DNA from: Eledone cirrhosa
Taxonomy: Eukaryota
DNA: 64,000 bases
Direction: 5' to 3'
Assembly: GCA_964016885.1 (NCBI GenBank)
Contig: OZ024740.1
Coordinates: 203,484,001-203,548,000, forward strand
Shown: positions 1 through 12,272 of the stretch, one piece after another
Numbering within the stretch: the first letter of the stretch is position 1
How the letters are laid out: every line of letters begins with the position of its first letter
Position numbers and translations under genes: made by a program
Notes under the pieces: model-generated
What the model was told of the DNA's origin: nothing
The model's input: only the letters and a program-made list of their open reading frames with translations
Database searches by the model: none

Positions 1-2221
1 TCCTTGTTATTTAGTTAGTGTTTGCAACTTAACTTCATAAATGTTTTTATATAAAATTATAATAGAAGGGTTTTAGATAAGTATAAATACTTCACAATAC
101 AGAGCGTAGTATAGTAGACCTGGGTCCGGTTTCAGACAGTTTGTTATCAAAAGGGTTAGTATACAGATCACCAAAACATCAGACTTCTGAGACATCTGTT
201 AACTCTCAAATTTTGAGGGGTTTCTTGTTATGTTATGAGAGCATTTTAAGTTCATGACAGCTACTGCACAATATATAGCTTATTATATATCAGGGAGCAG
301 TAGATTCGGAGAATTGTTAGAGCATTGGACAAAAACTTTGTATTTGTTCTGCATTCAAATCCTGCTTTGGTCAACTTTGTCTTTCATCCTTCCAGGGTCA
401 ATAAAATATTGTACCAGTGAAGTGCTGAAGTCAATATAATTAGCGAACTACTCCATCCAATTTCTGGCCTATAGTAAAATATTATTATTATTATTATTTC
501 TAAAGGTAATGGATTGGCAGAATTGTTTTGAGGTATTTAGTTGAAGCTCTTTACATTCTGAGTTCAAATCTAATAAAATGTTTAAGCATAATTGAAGTCT
601 GTTTTTCTAACAGAAATAATTTTAAAGGTGTAAAGGCATTTGACCTAGTGGTAATGGGCATTCGATTTCCAGACCATGTGACACATTGTGTCCTTCAGCT
701 GGAAATGAGAACCAACAGCAGCTGGGGATAGTCCTGCAATGAACTGACATGCTTCCAAGAAGTCATGTACTCACAGTTGCTTAATGTCGATAAAACCAGG
801 ATAGGCTCCAGGTTTCATCCATGCATTGCCTTGCATGCACGGAAACATGGATGTAAAACAATAACTCACTCACTAACTCAATCTACCGTTTGACAGAAAA
901 AAAAAAAAAAAAATTGAAACTCTAATCCTCTGATCTATCCTTTGTATTCTAAAAATAAGGATTTGTAATTTTAAAACAGTTTAAATTAGTTTACTCAAAG
1001 ATTCCGCCTCTTTTCAGCCAAATTAACATTTTGGTATTTTTTAAAGAAATATTTTCTTCAAAAATAAAAAAAAAAACACCCAAGACCCCATTCCTTATCC
1101 CTTTTTCCTCTTCTCTTCACTCACAAATTCATTCTCATTTCATATTTATCAGAAAAAGATTGCATAAATTTTAATCATGAATATTAAACATTTTTTAAAC
1201 TACTCTGACTTGTTGCTGAACTATTAAGAGTTTATGTTGAAAATACATCTACATGCCATTTAGACCATGATATTAACTTGAAAATTGTTTTACTGTTTAA
1301 AAATGTTAATATATATTTTATGAATCTTTATCTAAGCTCACTTTCCACTATATCTGTGTGTGTGTGTGTGTGCGGATGCAGGCGTTGCTGAGGGTTATGA
1401 TGTTTACTTTGCAATCATGAGTTACGGAGTTCAATCCCACTGTGGGGCAATCCAAGCTTTGTGAGTGAAATTTGAAATAGGGTAAATGGAAACTATTCAA
1501 AAGCTCAGATGGATTGCACCTGTAATTCAAAGAGTATGTGTCAAAAGTTCATTTGATCAAACTACTAAATGCACATTGTCAAAACTGCCAGAGGACACAT
1601 CATCTCGCACACACATGTGTGTATATATGGTAAATTTAAAGTATGGCTTAGTGATTAGAGTGTTGGGCTTCCAATTGAGTTTGTGTGTTCAATTGTCGAA
1701 CCTAGTGATGCATTTTGTCCTCGAGCAAGACACTTTATTTCATGTTGCTCCAGTTTACTTGGCTGTAATAATGAGTTGCAACATCACTGGTGCCAGGCTG
1801 TATCAGCCATTGCCTTTCCCTTGAATAACATTGGTGGCATGGAGAGGAGAGACTGGTATGCATTGGCGACTGTTGGTCTTCCACAAACAAACCTTGCCTA
1901 GGCTTGTGCCTTGGAGGGAAACTTTCTACATGTAAAACCATAGTAACCGATGGGGGGCCTTAAGATCATCTAAACAACCACAAGGAAATATATAATCAAG
2001 AGGCTTATATTAGTATGCTGAAATAGAAACTACTATAAATAGCTTATATTGGTAGATGATTTATTAAACTGTGCACTAAGCAGCCAAAATATACAATAAA
2101 TTTATATCTGTATATAGACAGTTTAGAGGTAACAGATCATGTTAATTTGTATATAAATTTACACATAGAGTAAAAATGTCAAGTATACATATTTCATAAA
2201 TTTTAAAAAGAGACATCTTAA

Positions 2222-2432
2222 CCCTTTTGCATTTACATTACTCTATATATACTATTGTAATTTTGTCGTAAAGGCTTTATCTTACATAATTATCTCACAT
2301 AATATCAAATCTACAAGATTTTGATGATATTTATTTTGAGAACAATACCTTAATGTCAGTATGAGCAGCCAGTTACGGTCGGTTTGAACAGAAAGAAGTG
2401 AGAGAATTCTGGCCGGTTTAAATGCTAAGGGG
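2222..2432. mobile_element. piggyBac-type MITE (other copies 4301-4513, about 22600-22808, 24737-24857, about 26960-27130, 43018-43386, 49077-49281)
   Basis: TTAA on both sides, about 14-bp TIR CCCTTTAGCATTTA, shared internal sequence. Confidence 0.8.
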
Positions 2433-2441
2433 TTAAATCGA

Positions 2442-2473
<32 letters not shown>

Positions 2474-3344
2474 TAGTTTGGTTCACATAAAAAATATGTA
2501 TGTCCGTTTAAGGGATATGGTATGGCCCCTAAGTTACATATTCCTTTATGGTTGTTTAGATGTTATACATTATATGTGTGTGTCTGTTTGCTCATGTTGA
2601 AGTGCTGTTTTTACCTAGGCTGTGGAGTTTCAATCTTGCCATATTGGTGTACCTTTATCTTGAGAGTCCATGAAGAGGAAGCATTACATCTTTAATGGGC
2701 AGTTTGAACAGAAAAAGGTGAGAGAATTCTGGCCGGATATGGCCAGTTTAAATGCTAATAGGTTAAAGCATGGTAACCTCTCTAGTGCTGGTGCTACAAT
2801 AAAATATACCCAATACACTTTATAAAGTGGTTGGCATTAGGAAGGGTATCCAGCCATAGAAACAATGCCAAAATATGGAATGTATGAGCAAAATGTGGTT
2901 ATCTGACCATGTCTTGTTTCAGGCCATGATGGCCTGCCAGCTCATGCCATCATGGAAAACGAATGTAAAATTATATTATTATCATTATATCTGTACTTAG
3001 TCAAATCTGGTGATTTGATACTGTTGATTCTTCTTACTTGTCATATATTCTTAATATTACAGTTATCAAGTAAACTGGTGCCAAAGGAATACCTACAGAA
3101 GAAAATAAACATGTGGGGTTACCAGGAGATGTAATGCAAAAGACCCAGTGTTCAGTGACATGTTAAAACAAAAAACATCACATCCTCATATTTGGAAAGC
3201 TATTTTAGGTGATCAGATACCTGGACTAGTCACAATAATAATATACTCACCACTACTACCACAGATTGTATTTCACAGCAATACAGAGTAACAGTTTGGT
3301 CAAGTTGATATGGTGTTGAGGAAATTACTATTAATCTTCTTAAG

Positions 3345-3500
3345 TTCCTTTTCCACCCCATGGAGTATTGGGTGATGAGAGGTTTTCCTCCACAGACCTC
3401 AACTAGGTGTTGATGGGTCTTCCTTGTTTCTTATGCCCTCCTGGCTTCCATTCAAGAGAAGCCTTCAGTGTTCTCTTTATAGACATGCATAGCACATTGC
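3345..3500 (-). mobile_element. RTE-type LINE 3' fragment
   Basis: Degraded SLEWKPGGHKKQGRPINT, resembling the RTE C-terminal W.P.G.R..GRP..TW motif. Confidence 0.55.
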
Positions 3501-5104
3501 CAAGCATCAAAAATATTTGTTTCTGTGGCGATTTTGATTAATGGATGTAAGGTTACTAGCCTCATGCTTCATCCCTTCGCCCTGCTCAACAAAAGCCAAA
3601 AACAAGCTCAGCATTTTGAAATCAGAGGGGGAAGGAGGGTCATAACCCTGGATGGGGGCCAATTCTAAATACTGTCAGCTGGAGCTAGCTCAGCCTGGAA
3701 CTCAAATCACTTCACTCTATTTTCAAAGGAAAATTTGATAACACCTATGTCCAATATTGAAATAATGTTTCTTTAAACTGTTTTACTATTTTCAAAGAGG
3801 CAGTGAGTACGCTCTTTTTTGAAATATTGTTTCTTTAAATCCTTTATTTTCAAAGGAATAGTAGATAACTCTGCCCAGTATTGAAATAACATCTCTTTAA
3901 ACTGTTTCACTCTACTTTCAAAGATACAATGGGTGATGCATGTATGGTTTTGTTTAAATCCTGGGTAATGGTTCCATACCACTTGAAACAAGCCCTTGCT
4001 CTATGATTGAAAACTGCTTATTTTAAAGTGTTTTGTTTTTTTTTAAATCTGAAACCCATCTATCATAATTTTATATTCACACCAGCTTAACAATACAATA
4101 GAAGCATTTTACAGTCATTTTCTCTGTTTAAAGCAGGTGTTAGCTTTGCAGAGCCCCATAAGACTTCATACACATCATGGGGTCCTTTTTGAAGTAATGT
4201 ATTGTCTGGATGCCCTTCCAGAAGCCAACCTTTTTAGTTTCCTCTTAAAATATGCAGAGATATGCTGTCCCTGTCCTAAACCAGATACACAGCAGCTTAA
4301 CCCTTTAGCATTCATATTATTCTATATGTACTATTATATTTTCACGGTAAAGACTATCTTACATAATTTTCTCACATAATATTGAATCTACGAGATTTTG
4401 ATATTTATTTTTAGAATAATACCTTAACATCAGTATGAGCTCCGGTTAGTTGGTTTGAACAGAAAGAGGTGAGAGAATTCTGGTCGGATATGGCCAGTTT
4501 AAATGCTAAAGGGTTAATAATTTCATTAAATCTTTCCAAATTCTTATTCTTTAAAATGATCTGAAAATTAGACCGTATTTCATTAGAAATATGGTAACTA
4601 AAGGGTTAAAATCCTGTCACCAGTGATTGACTGTGGCCATAGTAAAGACACTGAATTCTCTATGGTTAACGTCTGCTTTGCTGTAAATATATAAAGCTGA
4701 TTACTGTAAGCAGTGGGAGTATGTTGTAATTGATGGTTGTTTCATTATCCTGCAGTGATTTATCTTGAGGCTGCAAATTGACAGAGGAGATGATACTTAT
4801 TCCAGCTCTCTACAAATCTCGTTGTGGTCAACTTACCTTTTATACTTTCAGAGATCAATAGAATAAAGTATCAATCGAGGATGGTTGATGGGTGGAATTG
4901 TTAGAGTTTCAGATGAGATGTCTGTGGCATTGGTTCTGGTTCTTCACATTCTGAATTCAAATGTTGTAGAGGCTTACTTGGTTTGAACAGGAAATTAAAC
5001 CACAACCCACATGTAACTCCATAAAATATCCACTGTAACAGTTCTATGTTACCCCACCAACAACTAACTCTATAAGATAGCTGTTGGTGTAACATTGGTG
5101 TACT

Positions 5105-5375
5105 AACTCCAAGATTGGAAGTTCAATATATAAACAAAATCTTTGAGTACATGGAAGCTACGAAGAGATTCAACAACAGAAACTTCTGTTTTACTCTTTC
5201 GGCCTTGAATATTTTAAATTTAATTTTTATATTTTTTTTATTTTTTTTTTATTACTTCTCTCACTAGCTCTTTTTGATTACCAACTGTAAGAAGTACTCG
5301 ATACTTCCCCTTTTCTGTCATAGCTTACTAGCTCTATACGGACGTTTAAATTGAATAAATAAATAAATAAATAAG
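5105..5375 (+). mobile_element. Probable non-LTR retrotransposon 3' end with (TAAA)n tail
   Basis: Interrupts the degenerate satellite and ends in aataaataaataaataaataa. Confidence 0.4.
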
Positions 5376-5710
5376 ACAGTTGACCAATGTCAACCCACCA
5401 ACAGTTAACTTAATGAGATATCCACTGTAATAGTTCAATGTTAACCCAGATAGCAGCCTGTTTCTATGTTACCCCAGCAACAACTAGGATCATAAAATAT
5501 CCACTGTAATAGTTCTGTTATTTCAACAACTGCTAACTTCATAAAATGTTCACTCTAATAGATGCATATTATACTAACATCAGATAACCCTATAAGGTAT
5601 TCACTTGAAAAGTTTCATGTAATCACTGTATAATAGACTGACATTACTCCAGTAACAGCTAAGGTCATATAGTATTCCCTGCAATAGTCTGTCATGTTAT
5701 TTCGCAGACA

Positions 5711-6480
5711 AGCTGCATAAGATATTTTCTATAATAGCCTGGTCTATGTTAACCCTCCAATAGCTAGCTGCATAAGATATTTTCTATAATAGCCTGGTCT
5801 ATGTTAACCCTCCAATAGCTAGCTGCATAAGATATTTTCTATAATAGCCTGGTCTATGTTAACCCTCCAATAGCTAGCTGCATAAGATATTTTCTATAAT
5901 AGCCTGGTCTATGTTAACCCTCCAATAGCTAGCTGCATAAGATATTTTCTATAATAGCCTGGTCTATGTTAACCCTCCAATAGCTAGCTGCATAAGATAT
6001 TTTCTATAATAGCCTGGTCTATGTTAACCCTCCAATAGCTAGCTGCATAAGATATTTTCTATAATAGCCTGGTCTATGTTAACCCTCCAATAGCTAGCTG
6101 CATAAGATATTTTCTATAATAGCCTGGTCTATGTTAACCCTCCAATAGCTAGCTGCATAAGATATTTTCTATAATAGCCTGGTCTATGTTAACCCTCCAA
6201 TAGCTAGCTGCATAAGATATTTTCTATAATAGCCTGGTCTATGTTAACCCTCCAATAGCTAGCTGCATAAGATATTTTCTATAATAGCCTGGTCTATGTT
6301 AACCCTCCAATAGCTAGCTGCATAAGATATTTTCTATAATAGCCTGGTCTATGTTAACCCTCCAATAGCTAGCTGCATAAGATATTTTCTATAATAGCCT
6401 GGTCTATGTTAACCCTCCAATAGCTAGCTGCATAAGATATTTTCTATAATAGCCTGGTCTATGTTAACCCTCCAATAGCT
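5711..6480. repeat. 55-bp minisatellite, 14 identical copies
   Basis: Unit agctgcataagatattttctataatagcctggtctatgttaaccctccaatagct; degenerate units extend left to about 5010. Confidence 0.97.
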
Positions 6481-6703
6481 AGCTTCATATGATGTGAGTT
6501 GAACAACTGAAGGGCGGATGATAAATTTAACTGTAGCCCTCCTTGCAAATGATGTGACCTTGTACCTCTGATAGATATTAATGTTAAAAAAACAATCTCA
6601 ACAAAATGTTTCAATAACTGAAATTATTTATTTCAATTTTATATTTAATAATACAAGGTAATTACAGAATATACTTATGTATATACATACAAATTTAGAT
6701 ATA

Positions 6704-6772
6704 TTCTACAGGACTAGAACTGTTTCATTCCTGATGAATTCAAATGAATGAAACAGTTCTAGTCCTGTAGAA
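6704..6772. repeat. Perfect 27-bp inverted repeat with hammerhead-like core, probably a Penelope-like remnant
   Basis: Arms 6704-6730 and 6746-6772; CTGATGA...GAAAC...GTC. Confidence 0.6.
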
Positions 6773-6901
6773 GTCATTTCTATATAAAATAAAGATGCTT
6801 ATACTCTACTAACCTATTGAGTACCTTTTTTAAATGTGGTCACCTCCCGATATCCAATAGGAATCCACCTATTGTGTGTGTGTGTGTGTGTATATTTATA
6901 T

Positions 6902-6987
6902 ATATATTAACAAATGGAAACTATATTTATAAAACCATATTTATTTCATTATAATGAAATAAATATAGTTTCCATTTGTTAATATAT
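6902..6987. repeat. Nested AT-rich inverted repeat/palindrome
   Basis: 29-bp arms 6902-6930 and 6959-6987; perfect 30-bp palindrome 6937-6966. Confidence 0.85.
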
Positions 6988-8595
6988 TGTATTTTTACTC
7001 CAAAAATTTGTTGAGTTATAAAAATATTTGCTTGTTGTATCCAAACAAATTAAATATAACTTCTACATATATATATATATACCTGTGATGACTTGCCCAA
7101 CCTTTGATAGCAAGGAAAATTGAGAGAGGATGATATGTATGTATACTATATATACTTAGTGTGAGTGAGTGTGTATATATAATATATTTATATATTCTTT
7201 TATTGGTTTCAGTCATTAGATAGTGGCCATGTTGGGGTACAACCTTGATTAAGTCAATACTTGGTTTTTGAAGTCTGGTACTAATTTTATCAATCACTTT
7301 TTGTCAAACTATGTTAAGACACACGCATCATTTAACATTCATTTTCCCTGCTAGCAAAAGTTGAATGAGTCGTCACAAAGCGAGTATTTATTGGAGCAAC
7401 TGACCTCTCAGATTGGCTGGGAGCTGCATCTCGCTTACATACATTCCAGTAACCTACAGAATGCATCAGATGCATTTTACTGTACCACCAGCACCAGGAA
7501 ACTTGTCATGTCTTTGATACAACTGAATCATCCTCTTGATCCTTTGCTTGACAAGTTTTCTATGGCTGGATGACCTTCCTGTTACCAAACCACCTTGCAG
7601 AGTGTACGGTGTATGTTTTATGTCACCAACACTAGAGACATCTCAACATTTTTTGACGTGGTTTCTACAGCTAGATGCCCTTTCTTCAATAAAAATAATT
7701 CATCTTACAAAAAAGTGGCTTACATATTTCAGAATAATTTTTAGTTAAAGATCTTCCAAAATATTTCTTTACACATTTAATCTCACAAATCTAACAACAC
7801 CTACTGGAATTTCCAATATTTACAGCATGACTGGAGTAAGAAGTAACAGTCTTATTTCTTCTAACTTCACTTAACCTTCCATTTTTCCCAAAATTTGCCA
7901 ACACTACACCTGATATTCCCCCTCCATATACATGCACGCATGTGTGTGTATCATGACTCGTACACTGTTCACTTTCCTGACTTTTGTACATTATTCTATG
8001 TACTATACATGCACCTTTGATGAGTTGTAGTGCACCTGAGCACTGTACACAATTTTCTTGGCAGTATCAGTAGAGCGTCAGACACCATGCTTTGCAGCAT
8101 AAAGTTATGGCCCTTTACGGTCTGAGTTCAAATCTCGCCATGGTTAGCTTTGTCTTTCATCCTTAGGTGGTCAATAAAATGAAGCATCAGTAATACACTG
8201 GGTCGATTTAATTGACTTTCTTCTTCTTGCAAAAAGCTGGCTTTGTGCCTATAGTAGAAATCATTATTATTATATTGTGGATTGGCAGTATCGGTAGAGG
8301 GTCGGACACCATGCTTTGCAGCACAGTTACGTCCCTTTACAGACTGAATTCAGTTAACTTTGCCTTTCATCCTTACGGGGTCGATAAAATAATGTACTGG
8401 GTAATTGCTGGCCTTGTGCCAAAAGTAGAAACAATTATTATATTTACCATACTTCTCATGAGAAACACTGCCTATGATTTTTCAAATAATTAAGACTGTA
8501 GAGATTTAGTAATATAACTAACTTTCTTAATATCAAAAGGGTTAAGTAAATCTTAAGATACTCTTCCTATTATTTACCATACACAGACACACACA

Positions 8596-8749
8596 TCATT
8601 CCACTTGACTGTCAATACTAGCATCAAAATCTGGCAGAAGCAGTGCCACTTTTTGACGTAGTTCAGCTTTTCTTTGGCGTCGTTCTTCTTCCTTTCTGTG
8701 AATGTCAGGTAAGAGTTTCCAGGAATTCACCATTTTCTGAACTATATAT
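8596..8749 (-). CDS. CCDC191: CCDC191-like terminal coding exon (YIVQKM...LRQKVALLLPDFDASIDSQVE*)
   Basis: tag acceptor, TGA at 8598-8596. Confidence 0.85.
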
Positions 8750-10308
8750 CTATAAATATATATGAGGAAATGGATAAAATTCATATAAAAAATGAGAAAA
8801 CTCATCGTTAAGACAGCTAAATGTTGCGATGGGCAAACATGACTCAGCGGTCAGTGGTCAACAGAGACAATCCTCAAGATGGATGACAGGCAGATAAAAT
8901 ATAAAAAAGATTGAATGAGGAGGACAAGGAGAAGTGTGTTGGTGCACACTAATCCTTGTCCTCCTCTTTCAACATTGTCTTTTCATTTCATGATAAAATT
9001 ATTCTCAATATACCATCATCATTATTGTCATCATTAATATACATACTATTGTCATCATCATTATCATCCTCAAAGACAACCCCACCCCTAGTTCTGGTGT
9101 CAATATATAATGTACCCATCCAACTTGCCAGGAAAATGGACATTATATGATGATGACAGTGACGTCACAATAAAAATGGCAAAATGAGAAGACTGAGGCT
9201 AGCCAAACCTACCCATGTGTGAGTGGAAACAACAATTATTTATAACAAAGAATAATAAATATACTTACCTAAGATAAAATTTTTGAGCAATTTCTTCTTT
9301 TTCCCATGATGCAATAGTTTGTTCATTTGAATAATTCACCCAAGCAATGAAAGCTTTGCAACATAGATTTTTTCTAAAATACTTTTTAGCTTTCTTCTCC
9401 AAAGCAAGTTGGTAATTCTTATGCTGCATTAAAAAAAATTATATATATATATATACAGGGTGCGGACGATATCTATTCGCAATTTTCAACTGCTAATTTT
9501 TTTTACTTCCGTTGTCACTCTTGTCTTCATAAAAACAGTGACTATATTTCCATTATTTATTTTCAGAATAATTGATTATGAATAATTTTGAACCTCCAAA
9601 TTTGTGGAAGAGACACGGAGTTCTTCTTGGAATCTGCGCTGGGAGGACAAATAAGACCAGAAGATCAACTCCCAGAACAACAGGTGGCTCGCTGTCTCAT
9701 CCAAAGACGTGCCCAGAGTCATGCAGACAAAGTTACCAGCAACAACATTGGTCTTAGGTGTCGTCATGCCACCTCACTTCTTCCCTGAGGGCCTCAAGCT
9801 GAACACCGATGGCTACATCCGCGTTCTGAGCGAGGTAGTAAAGCCCTGGATCGACCAGGTAGCTGCAGGTAGGCCGTACGTGTGGCAGCAGGACTCAGTG
9901 CCCTGCTATACCAGCCGAAAGACCCAAGCCTGGCTGTCAGAGAACTTCGTTGACCACACTTCACCTGACATTTGGCCTCCCAGCTAGCCTGACTGCAACC
10001 CCTTCGACTTCTTTGGGGCGCAGTGGAACGAGACACCAACAGATCTAGCTGCAATACGAAAGATGATCTGAAGGCCAGGATCACAAGTGCCTTTAGGGGC
10101 CTAAGTCGGGGGACAGTGAAGAAGGGCCTGTAGCCAGTTCCGAGGCCGTGATGAAAGCCAATGGCGAGTTTATCGAGTGAGATCAAAAGAACAAGTCATG
10201 AAGACAAACTGACCCAAGTTTGATAAATATATCTTTAAAAATAAAACTACTGTGTTATTTTTTCCTAGACAGTAATCTTGCGAACAAATATCGTCCGCAC
10301 CCTGTATA

Positions 10309-10339
<31 letters not shown>

Positions 10340-12228
10340 AGAAAGAGAGAGAGTGATCTAGAGCTTGCAACAAGATGGATATATATATAATGCACGCCTA
10401 ACCCTACTCCAATTTTTTTTTTTATTTCTATTTATAATATTATTATACTTCTCTTCATTTCGTACTGTATTATTACATTAATACAGGGCGATGGATTGGC
10501 AGTATCGGTAGAGAGTCGGACGCCATGCTTTGACGCATAGAGTTACGTCCATTGCCATTCTGAGTTCAAATCCCGCCGAGGTTAACTTTGCCTTTCATCC
10601 TTACGGGGTCGATAAAATAAAGTACCAGTAATACACTGGGATAATTTGCTGGCCTTGTGCCAAAAGTAGAAAATTATTTTATAATATATTTCTAAAGATA
10701 AACATTGCCTATGAGTTTCAAATAATTTGGAAAATAATCAAGAATTTGAAGGGATATAATACTCTAATTAACTTTCTCATTACTAAGCTGGTGTTTAGAA
10801 CATAACTGAACAAATGTTTTTACATAAAATTATGATGGAATGTTTTTAGATATATATATAAATAATTTAAAACAGTATCACAGAATCTTGTGTAATGACC
10901 AAAAGAATACAATCACGAATACAAGTGGCTAATATGAGGATCCTCTGAAGGATCTTTGGAGAGTAACGTTACTCGATAAAGTGCGTAGCTCGGAGATCAG
11001 AGAGCTGCTACTTCTCCAAATTGAGAGATCACAGCTCCAATAATATGGGCATATGATTAGAATGTCTCAGGAAGAATCACTGGACAGATTTTATGGGCAA
11101 AGCTGACTGGCAGGAGACCCTGAGCAAGATGGTTGGATAACATCCATGAGCTTGGCTTGGCTTGTCTTGCTTAGGGATCCAACCAGATCAGTTGGAGATG
11201 GTTGCTTCCGATAGGACCCGCTGGAAGGAGTGTTTGAGGACTGTCCCCACAACCCTCTCAGGAATAAGTGGGTGAAGAAGAAGATTCTTAGTCATGAAAT
11301 ACATACATTTTTCCAACAGATAAAATGACGCTTCACTAAGATATTTTCATAGAATAAATCTGCAGCATCGGTTTTCTCAATTATTAATTCTTGGACATGC
11401 TGGTGCCAGCTGATTAAAGTTTTTCTGAAAATAGATCAATTAGTTAAATGATCAACAAAAATTAGTCATGCCTATATGTGGAAGGGTATGGCCTTGTGGT
11501 AAGGGTGTTGAACTTATGATCATAATGACGTGGGTTTGATTCCTGGGCTTGGTTGTGTGTTGTGTTTTAAGAATAACACTTCATTTCACATTGCTCCAGT
11601 ATACTCAGAAAAAAATGAGTTAACCCTGCAATGGACTGGTGTCCTGTCCAGGGAGGAGTCTTGTACTCTCAGTCACTCCATGCCACAGAAACTGGGATAA
11701 GCACTGGCCTGATGAGCCTCTGGACTCAAGACAGACTTTAGACTTGCATGACTAAGGAGTTCACTTTGAAACTACATGGTTTCAAGTTCAGTCTTACTGT
11801 GTTTCACCTTGAGCAAGTATCTTTTACTATGGCTTCATTAATGCAAGTGAAATTTGGTAGACAGAAACTATATGGAAGCCCATTATAATATATGTGTGTG
11901 TGTGAATGCCTGTTTACATTTACTGTTTACCTATGTCTTATAGCTTAATGGTTTAACAAAAAGAGATTGATAAAATAAGTACCAGAATCAATATGATTGG
12001 CTAAATCCCTTCAAGGCACCCACCCACTCACCCTTCACACATGGTTACAATTTAATAAGTAAAAGAAAAAGAATAAAAGAATTGTAACTAGGAATGCCTC
12101 AGAGTTATGAAGTTTGCTATGCAACCACATGGTTTCAGGTTCAATAAGACTGTGCAGCATCTTCATAGTATAATCTATCTAGAATATATTTAAACTATTG
12201 TATTACTGTCTAACATACATAGTCACAA

Positions 12229-12272
<44 letters not shown>

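Noticed and set aside
1-5000. Additional protein-coding gene
   Set aside because: I found only short ORFs in SINE/MITE remnants, with no phase-consistent exon chain.
5711-6480. CRISPR-like array
   Set aside because: Identical head-to-tail units, no spacers, no cas genes, eukaryotic context.
11685-11730. Hammerhead ribozyme (GAAAC...CTGATGAG; similar at about 25460, 29690, 50690)
   Set aside because: No NUH site or helices in the required order; it is the 3' part of a SINE.
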